DNA of 64,000 nt. Origin: Sphyrna mokarran. Taxonomy: Eukaryota. The DNA lies in NCBI GenBank assembly GCA_024679065.1, contig JAGIQG010000043.1, positions 1,550,001 through 1,614,000 of the forward strand. The letters are read 5' to 3'. This document shows positions 47,701 through 59,257 of the stretch, piece after piece. The notes below the pieces were generated by a model. That model did no database searches and was not told the DNA's origin. It saw nothing but the letters and a program-made list of their open reading frames with translations. Within the stretch, counting starts at the first letter, position 1. Every line of letters begins with the position of its first letter. Both the position numbers and the translations under genes were made by a program.

Positions 47701-50700
47701 AGCACACTACTGCTTTACAAAGCCACAGGACAGAATTCAATTCTGGCCTTAGGCAGTGCCAGTATGGCGTTCGCACGTTCGCCCCGTGTCTCCGTGGGTT
47801 CCCTCTGGGCGCTCCGGTTTAATCCAATGGTCCAAAGATTGGCAAATTTGGTGTTAGCCATGCTCAATTTCTCCATATTGATCAAGAATGTCCAGAGTAA
47901 ATATATTACCCATATTAAATTGTTCCTTCCAACGATGTGTATATTAGGTGGATTGTCAATGCTAAAGTTTCCCTTAGTATCCAAAGATGTGCTGATCACA
48001 GGGATTGGCCAACCTCAATGTTCCCTTTGTGTCACAAATATGCAGGTTAGGTGGATTGCACGTGCTACATTGCAACTTAGTATCCAAAGATATGGAGGGT
48101 AAGTGGACTTGCCATGCTAAATTGCCCCTTAGTGTCCAATGATCCGTGGATTAGGCGAATTGGCCATGCAAAATTGCCCCTTTGTGTCCAAAGGTGTGTG
48201 AGTTAAGTGGGTTGGCCATGCTAAATTGCCACTTAGCATCATCGGGAAGAGAAAGACAATGTATGGAATTCCATGGATAGTGCCTGGGTGGGATTATTTT
48301 CGGTTCTGACTTGATGGGCCTATTGGCCTCCTTCTGCACTGTAGAGATTATGTGAAATATCCATTCAATGATATTAAATCGCTACGAACATTTGAATGAA
48401 ACTTACCCGTTTGTCGCTCATTCTGACCCACTCTGTGCGTTGCCTGTCTCAAGCTCAAACTAGACAAGGAAAGGAAAGCTATTAAATTGATGTTACTTCT
48501 GGCAAATCCTGGCCCAGCTGCCAGATATATTGAAAATAGAATGCTAAATTTTAAAATATGGAATATTTTCATGTGTACATTGGAATCAGTGATGTTTTTG
48601 AATTGTGTTTAACACGGTATGAAATTCGGAGAGAGTTTTCGTGCTGAATTTGGAAATGGCTCAATTATTCACATTTCATTTTGGGCTTCTTTTGCTTGCT
48701 TTCCTGAAATAAGACAGTGAGATCAGCAATAGAAAACTACAAGGAGAATCACACTAGATGAACAATAATGATATTGTGATGACCTCCTGATGATTATTCC
48801 TCACCTGATCTACCTCTCTTCCAAATCCAGATAGAAATAAACACCAAATGGAGAATCGGGATCACCAGGACAGTTATGATAATTGAATGATTCAGATTGC
48901 ACCATCCTACAAAGAGAAAAGACATAGAAACTGTTGCTGATTCAAATAATTTTCTTCAAGGATGGGAAAAAGGACCCAGACACTTGAGTCAATGTTACTT
49001 GACATTCATTGGCGTTCCCATCAATGAATCATCCATTGGCAAACTCTCTGAAGTTACGATTGACCAGAAACTCAATTTAACTCACCACTTAATTACAATG
49101 GCTGCAACATAATTCAGAGGCTGGGAATACTGCGGCAAGTAACTCACCTCATCACTCAAAGAACAAAGAACAACACAGCACAGGAAACAATCCCTTCGGC
49201 CCTACAAGCCCGTGCCGCCCATTTTAACGCTCAGTGAGTGTCCCATTCCAATCCTTCTTCTAACTATGTCTCTTGGACTCCACAATAAAGGTGTGCAAAT
49301 TTAGAGAATTATATGTGCACTGCATTCAGATATGTCTAATTTAGGGACAATTTGTTGACACCTGTCAGCCAAAAAGCACGTCTGCGGGGTGTGTAAGGAA
49401 ACCGGAGCACCGGAGAAAGCCCACGCAAGTACGGGGAGAATGTGCCAAATCCCACAGACAGAGGCCCAAGTCGAAAATCCGCCCAGGTCCATGTATCTGC
49501 ACAGCAAATAGTCACTGAGCTGTCGTGATACCCGTCAGTCGGTCCAGTTTAAACATACACTAACGACGTGAAGAACTTAGCAACTCCCGAAGCAACATCC
49601 AAGAACAGCCCTAGCACGACCCACAGCGCGTATGTCCCCTTTTGGATAACAAGACTGACCGAAAGACCTGTGGCTGTAAAAAGACATCAATAACGACTCC
49701 TCAACGCCTGTCCACTACATACAAGGCACAAATCAGGAGAGCGATGGAGTACTTCCGACTTGCCTGCTTAGTTTACCTCCAATAACATTCAAGAAGCTTG
49801 ACATCGTCAAGGTTAAGGAAGCCATTTAATTGGCACCACACACATTCCGTCCGCCACCCATCGCTCTGGGGCAGCAGCGTGTAATGGCTACAAAATCCTT
49901 AGATATTGTCTTCTAAACACATGATCACTTCCAACTAGCTGGACAACAGCAGATATACGGGAGCACTGCCGCATGTAATTTTCGCTCATTCGCTCGTTGT
50001 CTTGACTTGGAAATAAGTCCCGTTCCTTCACAGTCGCGAAATAAAGATCCTGGAATTTCCTCTCTAACAGTACTGTGGATCACCTCACATCAGGTACACT
50101 ACAATGTTTAAAGAAAACAGCTTACCAGCACGGTTCAATGACAACTAAGAATGGGTTAGCGACACCCAGATCTTTCGAATGAAGTAAAAAAAAGTCACCT
50201 CAAACTGTGGAGTGAAATATTACATGGAATTGCTTGCAACGCATGAGCATACAGGATGGAATGTATGGCGTACTACCTGTGATTAGGGATCAATAATTTG
50301 ACAGGCCTGACAAATTAGTTCCATATTCAGAGTGCGTCAGACTGCATGATAAAATTATCACACCAACATTTATTTGAAAACTAATTCGAATAATTATACC
50401 GACCAACAGTGTCCGCATCGCGTCGTTGAAAGATCTATTAGAATAGTGTGACCTAATTTTCGTTTGCAGCCTTGCACATCTCTCACCACCGAATCTACAA
50501 CAAATTCAGATTTGTGAATTGCATTGTTACATGTACTTCTACTGGCCTTTCTGATATGTTCCAGATATATAAATTCTGGTATAAAATATATTCTGATATT
50601 TAAATCAAATAGCGTAAAATAATCTATAAACCCAAATTCAGTGCTGTTCTGGACCCTGACTTGAAGGCAATTGGATTGCAGGTATTAGGAATTGAAAATA

Positions 50701-51372
50701 AAACAGAAATTCGAGATATTGAAATGAGATTGCAGAAAATTGAAATAATGTCTCAGGAGAAATTGAATTTTAAGAAGTAATAACAACACTTATTTTTCTG
50801 ACAGCAAAGCACATCCATACAACATAGAACATAGAACATTACAGCGCAGAAGAGGCCCTTCGGCCTTCGATGTTGCGCCGACCATTATAAGAAGCAATGA
50901 CCCTCCAAACTAAACCTTTCCCTTCTCTTCCATAAACGTATCAACTAACCTCTTAAACGCCACCAAACTTGGCGCATCTACAACTGCTGCAAGCAGGGCA
51001 TTCCACTCCCGAACCATCCTCTGGGTAAAGAACCTACCTCTGATATCCTTCCTATAACTATCACCCCTTTATTTAACGCTGTGTCCCCTCGTGCTAGCTT
51101 TCTCCATCCTAGGAAAAAGGCTATCACTGTCCACCCTATCTAAACCTCTAATCATCTTATATGCTTCGATAAGGTCTCCTCTTAGCCGCCTCCTCTAATG
51201 AAAGCAACCTCAAATCCCTCAGCCTCTCTTCATAAGACCTGCCCTCCATACCAGGCAACATTTTGGTAAACCTCCGCTGTACCCTCTCCAATGCCTCCAC
51301 ATCTTTCTTATAATGTGGGGACCAGAACTGCACACAATACTCCAAGTTCGGCCGCACTAGAGTTTTGTAGAG

Positions 51373-53676
51373 TTAAAAAATGACGTTGTCGTTCCGAAAT
51401 TCAATCCCCCTACCAATAAAACCTAAGACTCCATATGCCTTCTTTACAACCTTATCGACTTGACTGCTTACTTTCAGGGATCTATGCACAAATACACCAA
51501 GATCCCTCTGTTCATCAACACTATTAAGAATCCTTCCATTTGCCCTATACTCTACACATTTATTATTCCTGCCAAAGTGCATTACCTCACACTTTTCCAT
51601 ATTAAACTCCATTCGCCACCTCTCGGCCCAGCTCTGCAACTTGTCCAAGTCTCTCTGCAAACTGTAGCACCCCTCTTCACTATCTACCACTCCACCGACT
51701 TTAGTGTCATCTGCAAATTTACTAATCCATCCTTCAATACCCTCATCCAGATCATTTATAAAAATTACAAACAGCAGGGGCCCCAAAACAGACCCCTGAG
51801 GTACACCACTTGTAACCGAACTCCACGATGAATATCTCCCATCAACCACCACCCTCTGTCTTCTATCTGCTAGCCAATTCCTAATCCAATCAGTTAAATC
51901 ACCCTCTATCCCATACATCTGCATTTGCTGCAGAAGCCTTCCATGGGCCACCTTATCGAACGCCTTACTAAAGTCCATATATACCACATCAATTGCCTTA
52001 CCCCCATCCACCTCTTTGGTCACTTTTTCAAAAAACTCAATAAGGTTAGTAAGGCACGACCTACGCTTCACAAAACCATGCTGACTATCCCCAATCAATT
52101 CATTTCTCTCTAAATAACTATAAATCCTATCCCTAATAATTCTCTCCAATACTTTGTCCACAACAGAAGTAAGACTCACTGGCCTATAATTCCCTGGAAG
52201 GTCTCTCTTCCCCTTCTTGAACAATGGGACCACATTCGCTATCCTCCAGTCTTCCGGAACCACACCCGTAACCAACGACGACCTGAAGATCAGAGCCAGA
52301 GGCTCTGCAATCGCCTCTCTTGCCTCCCAGAGAATCCTAGGGTAAATCCCGTCCGGCCCAGGGGACTTATCCAACTTCAAACCCTCGAGAATATCTAGCA
52401 CATCCTCCCTATCTACTTCAATACTTTCCAGTTTGCAACCCTGTACCTCAGTGTTCTCCACAACTACATTTACATCTCCCTGCGTGAATACCGAAGAGAA
52501 ATATTTATTCAGTGCCTCTCCAATCTCTTCAGGCTCCACGCACAACTTCCCACTGCTGTCTATGACTGGCCCTAATCTTGCCCTAACCAATCTTCTACTC
52601 TTAACATATCTAAAGAAAGCTTTAGGATTCTCCTTAATCCTATCAGCCAAAGTCTTCTCGTGTCCCCTCTTAGCTCTCCTCAACTCACTCTTTAGCTCCC
52701 TCCTGGCTAATCTATAGCTATCCATTGCACTAACCGAGCCTTCAAGCCTCATCCTGACATAAGCCTCCTTTTTCCTTTTAACCAGTGAATCAACTTTTTT
52801 CGTACACCAAGGTTCCCTTACTCGACCATTTCCTCCTTGCCTGACAGGGACATACTTATCAAGGACTGGCAGCAGCTGCTCCTTGAATAAGCTCCACATT
52901 TCAGATGTTCCCAGTCCCTGTAGTTTCCTAGTCCAATCTACGCACCCTAATTCTCTCCTTATGGCCTCATAATTACTCTTCCCCCAGCTATAACTACTGC
53001 CCCCAGCTTCATGCCTATCCCTATCCATCACTAAGGTGAACGTAACCGAATTGTGGTCACTATCACCAAAATGTTCACCAACTTCCAAGCCTAACACCTG
53101 GTCTGGCTCATTGCCCAGCACCAAATCCAATGTAGCCTCACCTCTAGTTGGCCTATCTACATACTGAGTCAAAAAACCTTCCTGCACACTTTGTATGAAA
53201 ACTGACCCCTCTAACGAGCTAGAGCTATAGCTATTCCAATCAATATTAGTAAAGTTAAAGTCCCCCATAACAATTACCCTATTACTTTCACTCCTGTCCA
53301 GGATTGACTTTGCAATCCTTTCCTCTACCTCTCTAGAACTTTTAGGAGGTCTATAAAAGACTCCCAACAGGGTGACCTCTCCTCTCCTGTTTCTAATCTC
53401 AGCCCATACTACCTCAACAGGCAAGTCCTCATCAAACTTCTTTTCTGTCACTGTGATACAGTCTTTGACTAATAATACCACTCCTCCCCCCCTTCTACCT
53501 CCTTCTCTACTCCGACTAAAGCATTTGAACCCCGGAACCTGCAACATCCATTCTTGTCCCTGCTCTACCCAAGTCTCTGAAATGGCCACAACATCGAAGT
53601 TCCAGGTACTGGTCCAAGCTGCAAGTTCCTCCCTCTTATTGCGAATACTCCTTGCATTAAAGTATACGCATTTCAA
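51373..53676 (-). CDS. CR1 ORF2p APE endonuclease + reverse transcriptase (frameshifted near C-terminus)
   Basis: NARS..SETW..GDFN..SDH; [14 protein letters not shown]. The 767-aa ORF breaks at about 51373 and the remainder lies in other frames. Confidence 0.92.
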   Translation of the reverse strand: MKCVYFNARSIRNKREELAAWTSTWNFDVVAISETWVEQGQEWMLQVPGFKCFSRSREGGRRGGGVVLLVKDCITVTEKKFDEDLPVEVVWAEIRNRRGEVTLLGVFYRPPKSSREVEERIAKSILDRSESNRVIVMGDFNFTNIDWNSYSSSSLEGSVFIQSVQEGFLTQYVDRPTRGEATLDLVLGNEPDQVLGLEVGEHFGDSDHNSVTFTLVMDRDRHEAGGSSYSWGKSNYEAIRRELGCVDWTRKLQGLGTSEMWSLFKEQLLPVLDKYVPVRQGGNGRVREPWCTKKVDSLVKRKKEAYVRMRLEGSVSAMDSYRLARRELKSELRRAKRGHEKTLADRIKENPKAFFRYVKSRRLVRARLGPVIDSSGKLCVEPEEIGEALNKYFSSVFTQGDVNVVVENTEVQGCKLESIEVDREDVLDILEGLKLDKSPGPDGIYPRILWEAREAIAEPLALIFRSSLVTGVVPEDWRIANVVPLFKKGKRDLPGNYRPVSLTSVVDKVLERIIRDRIYSYLERNELIGDSQHGFVKRRSCLTNLIEFFEKVTKEVDGGKAIDVVYMDFSKAFDKVAHGRLLQQMQMYGIEGDLTDWIRNWLADRRQRVVVDGRYSSWSSVTSGVPQGSVLGPLLFVIFINDLDEGIEGWISKFADDTKVGGVVDSEEGCYSLQRDLDKLQSWAERWRMEFNMEKCEVMHFGRNNKCVEYRANGRILNSVDEQRDLGVFVHRSLKVSSQVDKVVKKAYGVLGFIGRGIEFRNDNVIF

Positions 53677-53789
53677 ACCATGCCCTACTCCACCCGTACG
53701 CTGCTGTGTTTTACAGCTTTCCTCTATGACCCCCCTACTCTCATCCCTCTTAGCACCCCAACTACTCAGGATCCCACCCCCCCTCTGAA

Positions 53790-54716
53790 TCAGTTTAAAG
53801 CCCCCTGCATAGCCTTTGCAAATTTTCCCCCCAAGATATTAGTTCCCCTCTGGTTCAGGTGTAGACCATCTCTCTTGTAGAGGTCCCACCTATCCCAGAA
53901 TGAGTCCCAATTGTTCAGGAACCTGAACCCCTCCCTCCTGCACCATCCCCGCAGCCACGAGTTCAAACATTCCCTTTCTCTGTTCTTCTCTAAACTATCC
54001 CTTGGCACAGGCAAGAGTCCAGAGATAACCACTCTGCCAGTTTTGGCCCTAAGCTTCCACCCCAACTCCATAAATTTCTGTTTAATATCCCCTTCCCTTG
54101 TCCTACCTATATCATGTGTCCCTACATGAACTATGACTTGGGGCTGACTCCCCTCTCCCTTAAGAATCTTAAAAACCCGATCTGCGACATCCTGGACCCC
54201 AGCCCCTGGGAGGCAACACACCAGCCCTGAGTCCCTTTTATTACTATTTACTCTCCTATCTGTCCCTCTAACTATGGAGTCTCCAATTACCAGGCCCAAT
54301 CTCTTATTCCCCCTACCCACCTGAGCATTCTCAGCAGGCTCACCCCCAGAGACCTGCTCCCTTTGGTCATCTCCAGTTGATTCTTCCTCAACTGTAGCCT
54401 CCAGGACAGAAAATTTGTTTTGGAGGGGAACAGCCCCAGGGGATTGTCTCCCCGATTGCTTCTTACCCCTCCTCCTAATAGTTACCCAAGAATCACTTTT
54501 AGGAGTGACTATCTCTTTGTTACTCCTGCCAATATCCTCCTCAACCTCTCGAATTATCCTGAGTTCCTCTAATTCCAGCTCCAGCTCCTTAACACGATCC
54601 TCAAGGAGCTGCAAATGTGCACACTTCCTGCAGGTATAATCAGCAGGAACACTACTGGTGTCCCTCACCTCATACATACCGCAGGAGGTGCAATGTACTA
54701 CCTGCACTGCCATCAC
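53790..54716 (-). CDS. CR1 ORF1p: zinc finger/leucine zipper plus SGNH(GDSL)-esterase domain, intact
   Basis: CTSC..CRKC, LEDRVKELELEL zipper, GDS, G-T-H-D block, DGLH. Confidence 0.9.
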   Translation of the reverse strand: MMAVQVVHCTSCGMYEVRDTSSVPADYTCRKCAHLQLLEDRVKELELELEELRIIREVEEDIGRSNKEIVTPKSDSWVTIRRRGKKQSGRQSPGAVPLQNKFSVLEATVEEESTGDDQREQVSGGEPAENAQVGRGNKRLGLVIGDSIVRGTDRRVNSNKRDSGLVCCLPGAGVQDVADRVFKILKGEGSQPQVIVHVGTHDIGRTREGDIKQKFMELGWKLRAKTGRVVISGLLPVPRDSLEKNRERECLNSWLRGWCRREGFRFLNNWDSFWDRWDLYKRDGLHLNQRGTNILGGKFAKAMQGALN

Positions 54717-56384
54717 TGTTACTTTAATTTACTTTAAAGAGAGAGAAAAAAAACTTCCACACACTTTTATTATTAGGTTAGAGGAGGGGGGAGGGTGGGA
54801 TACTCTACCTGAGTAGAGTATCGGGTTTCCTCTCTGGACCAATTCATAGAGTCAGAGAGAAAAACTACAACTACCGGCAGCCTCCTAATGACGACTTCCG
54901 GTTTCCAGTTAGTTTAAATAAAAAACGGCAAAAAACTACCCCCGCTCGCTTTTTTAACCAAAGAGAAAAGTTAAAAACTGCTTAACACTCGAACTTTACG
55001 CTCTCCCAAATCGCTGCCTCTCCGTGCTGCTCCAAGGGAACAATCCAGAGTGGGACTAACCCCAATTGAATTCCAAAACCTGCCTGAAAATGTGATGGAG
55101 GCAGATTCTGGAATAACTTACATCAAGGGAACCAGATGAGTTTAAGTGTATGTATTAGTGTCAAAAGAAGGCTTACATTAACTCTGCAATGTCGTTCCTT
55201 TTAAAATGCGGTACTCTGGCGTCCGTTAAGGTATACTGAGGAACTATTTAAAATGGTGAATGCAACTAATCAGGGCGATTTTGAGACGGTGAGGGAAAAA
55301 AAAAGCCTCCGGAGGAAACCCACACAGACACGGGGAGAACATGCAGAGTCTGCACAGACAGTGAACCAAGCCAGGAATTGAACTGAGATCCATGTCGCTC
55401 TAAGGCAGCAGTGCGCACCTCTATGGTGCTCTGTCATCCGTATTCTGAGTTGACGGGGGAATGCGACTGGGATAGGGGATTGAGTGATTAAAGTTTGGAT
55501 AATTATCCTAGTTAATTCACAAACTTCACTTCCTTTGTATCTGGTACATTACCTCAGCTGAATTGAATTTAAATCATTATCAAGGAGATTAAAAACGTAC
55601 CTGTCCCAGTCTCCGCTGCTTCGGGGAACGACACAGTCTTTGTCCAGTGTCGCCCTGGACTTCCCAGTTGAACAATGCAAGTACAGACAGTACCGCTTCT
55701 ACAAGTGTCCCCCGACACCATGACATGAGTTCTGATGCTGTAGGTTCCGTCCTCATTCATTATCCCGGGATGACGAGATCCCTCTTTGACCAGGCCGGAT
55801 ATATTCCAGAAAATAGCGATCTAGTTGGAGAAAACTCCACTGTCTAAACACACTGAGGGCACGGTGTCATTTAAATTCTGCTCACCCAGTGGGACAAATA
55901 CCTGCAAAGCGGTCCTGTTGGTTGAAGTGTCTAAACATAGATTGGGACACAGTGAACGATTAATTTACACCAAATGGTAACACTGCGCACAGTCTGAATA
56001 CAATTGTTTTGCTCTCTTACCTCCAACGACCTGTGTGGGCCCACTATGGAGCGGTCCATATCCAGCTTTGTATGTACAGTCGTAGGAACCCGAGTCACTC
56101 GTCTGGACATTGCGAATTTTGAGAATCAACACATTTCCCGGATTGCCTTTTTTCAGAAATAAATTTACAGCCGGGCCCAGTACAGGATGAGGTATTTATT
56201 AGTACCGGGGATTTGCCCAGACGTTGCTTGCACCAAGCATAGTTAGACACCAGATCCACTTCGTAAGTGGAATGACAGAGTAATTCCACCATCTGGCCCA
56301 CTTCAGCAGTTACTGTCAGGGGGTTTTGAGACAGATGGGACTGAGATTCTGGAACTGGAGAGATTGTCATTACATTACAAAACG

Positions 56385-57640
56385 GTTCAGATGAAAAAAC
56401 GGTTGATGAAGGACAAGCCGTTGATGTCGTCTATATGGATTTCAGTAAGGCGTTTGATAAGGTCCCTTATGGTAGGCTGATAGAAAAGGTGAAGGTGCAT
56501 GGTATACAGGGCCAGGTATGTAGATGGGTTGAGAAGTGGCTTGGGAGGAGGAGACAGCGGGTAGTAGTGGAAGGCTCTTTTTCCAACTGGAGGTCTGTCA
56601 CTAGTGGTGTGCCACAGGGCTCTGTACTAGGACCCCTTCTATTTGTGGTGTACAAAAATGACTTGGAAGAGGGGGTAAGTGGTGTGATCAGCAAATTTGC
56701 TGATGACAATAAGATGATTGGATTGGCGGGTACTGAGGAGCAGTGCCTGGCAATACAACATGACATAGGTAGGCTGGTAGATTGGGCAGATAGATGGCAA
56801 ATGGAATTTAATCCGGATAAACGCGAGGTGATGCATTTTGGCCAGAATAATGTAGAGGGGAGTTATAGGATAAAAGGTAAAACTATCCGAAGTATAGAGA
56901 TGCAGAGAGACCTGGGGGTGCAAGTTCACAGGTCTCTGAAGGTGTCAGTACAGGTGGAGAATGTGGAAAAAAAAAACTTATGGTATGTTAGCCTTCATAG
57001 GAAGGGGTATAGAATACAAGAGTAGGAGTCTGATGTTGCAGGTGTATAGAACGTTGGTTAGACCTCATCTGGAGTACTGCGTCCAGTTCTGGTCGCCGTA
57101 CTACAGGAAGGATGTGGAGGCCCTGGAGAGAGTGCAGAGGAGATTTACCAGGATGCTACCTGGTATGGAAGGGCTGTCTTACGAAGAAAGTTTGAAAACA
57201 CTGGGGTTGTTTTCCCTTGAAAGACGTTGGCTGAGAGGGGATCTTTTAGAGGTATATAAGATTATGAGGGGTATAGATAGAGTAAATGGTGGTAAGCTTT
57301 TTCCACCATTAGAAATGGATAGAACGAGGGGTCACGGGCTCAGGGTGAGGGGGGCTATGTATAAGACGAATATTAGAGGCCAGTTTTTCACACAAAGGGT
57401 AGTAGGGGTGTGGAATGCACTGCCGAATAAGGTGGTGGGAGCAGGCACGCTAGGGTTGTGTAAGGGTCTCTTGGACAGCCACATGAGCGGTCTGCAGATA
57501 GAGTGATATAGCAGGACTGTTTGAATATCGGGAGGACCAGATAGTAGTGGACTATCTTTTAGTTTCGTCTCGGAATGTCTTAGTTTTTTTCAGCATGTTT
57601 AATTAAGTCTTATTTGTTTCCGCAGGCAATTCACCAGCCT
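56385..57640 (+). mobile_element. Truncated CR1 RT/3' fragment at the deletion breakpoint of the gene A duplicate
   Basis: ORFs 56435-57025 and 56961-57506. Confidence 0.85.
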
Positions 57641-59257
57641 AAAGTTGGGTGTTTATTACAGACCGCCCAACAGCCCGCGAGCCGTGGAAGAAGTGATATG
57701 CAGGGACATTTTAGATAAGTGTAGGAAAAAGAGGGTAGAAGTAGTGGGAGATTTCAATTTTCCTGGAGTAGATTGGAGAGGGCCCAGAGCTGTAGGAGTG
57801 GACGGGGAGGAATTTGTACAGTGTGTTTTGGAAGTGTCCTTGGAGCAGTATGTGGCTGGCCCGACTAGAGAGGGTGCTACACTGGATTTGGTTCTGGGGA
57901 ATGAGCCAGGGCAGGTGGTTGACGTCGAGGTTGGAGAGCATGTGTCAAATAGTGATCACAACTCTGTCTGCTTTAGGATATTAATGGAAAAGGACGAGAC
58001 CGGCCCAAAAGGGAAGGTATTTAACTTGGGGAGGGCTAGATACAGCCAGATTAGGCAAGATCTTAAAGTTACCGACTGGGATAAGCTTTTCGAGGGTAGG
58101 TCGACGAGGTACATGTGGGAGTCTTTCAAGGGAAAACTAAACTCTCTGCAGGGAAGATACGTGCTGGCAAGGAGGAAGGATGGGAAAGGTAGGATTAGAG
58201 AACCGTGCTTACCAGGGATATTGAGGACTTGATCAGGAAGAAGCGAGAGGCTTACATTAGATCTAGGCAACTGGGGACTGAGACAGCGCTGGAAGCTTAT
58301 AGAGAGTGCAGACGGGAACTTAAAAGGGCGGTTAGAAAGGCAAAAAGGGGCCACAAGCTGGCTCTGGCAGGTAGGATTAAGGAAAATCCTAAGGCATTTT
58401 ACACCTATGTAAGGAGCAAAAGGATGGTTAGAGGCAAGATTGGACCTCTCAGGGACAGAGGAGGGGATTTATGCTTAGAGCCTGAGGGAATAGGGGAGAT
58501 CCTGAATGAATACTTTGCGTCGGTATTCACGCAGGAGACTGGCCAGATGTCTGTTGCTGATGTTGACAAAGTTGAGGATCAGTTGAGGGAAATAAGCATT
58601 ACGAGGAAAGAGGTGCTGGGGCTGTTAGGCAGCTTAAAGACATATAAAGCTCCGGGGCCTGATGGCATTTACCCCAGGCTGCAAAGGGAGTTGAGGGAAG
58701 ACCGAGCTGGGCCTCTGACGCAAATCTTTGTCTCTTCCTTGGACACAGGTGAGGTCCCAGAGGACTGGAGGATAGCAAACGTAGTATCGTTGTTTAAAAA
58801 AGGTCAGAGGGATAACCCAGGGAACTACAGGCCGGTGAGCTTGACTTCAGTTATAGGTAAGCTAATGGAGAGGATCCTTAGGGACAGGATGTATGAGCAT
58901 CTGGAGCGCTGCGATCTCATCAGGGATACGCAGCATGGCTTCGTCAAGGAGAAGTCTTGTCTTACAAATCTAGTGGAATTTTTTGAAGAAGTGACAAAAA
59001 CAGTTGATGAAGGACGTGCTGTTGATGTCGTCTACATGGATTTCTGTAAGGCGTTTGACAAGGTTCCCCATGGTAGACTGATAGAGAAGGTGAAGGCACA
59101 TGGGATACAGGGTCGGCTATGTAGATGGGTCGAGAACTGGCTCGGGAGGAGGATTCAGTAAGAATTTAGGAACACCAATTTTTAATCCAACCGATTTATT
59201 TGATCGTAAAATTGCGAGCTTTCGACACTGTGTCACACCGCATACTGCCGGATCCAA

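Larger units (their letters stand above)
50818..55042 (-). mobile_element. Full-length CR1 LINE (about 4.2 kb) with ATCCA target-site duplication
   Basis: TSD at 50813-50817 and 55043-55047; the empty site is present in copy 1 (gcatccagagtggg near 11250). Has 5' UTR, ORF1, ORF2 and (GTTCTAT)n tail. Confidence 0.95.
46889..56354 (-). pseudogene. Pseudogenised duplicate of gene A
   Basis: Exons: V 56354-56021 (334 nt; +1 frameshift in the A-run near 56150; YYC to YDC), C1 55930-55601 (in-frame TAG at 55823-55821), TM 48906-48805, cytoplasmic 48703-48673, 48459-48407 and 46938-46889. Leader exon absent. Confidence 0.88.
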
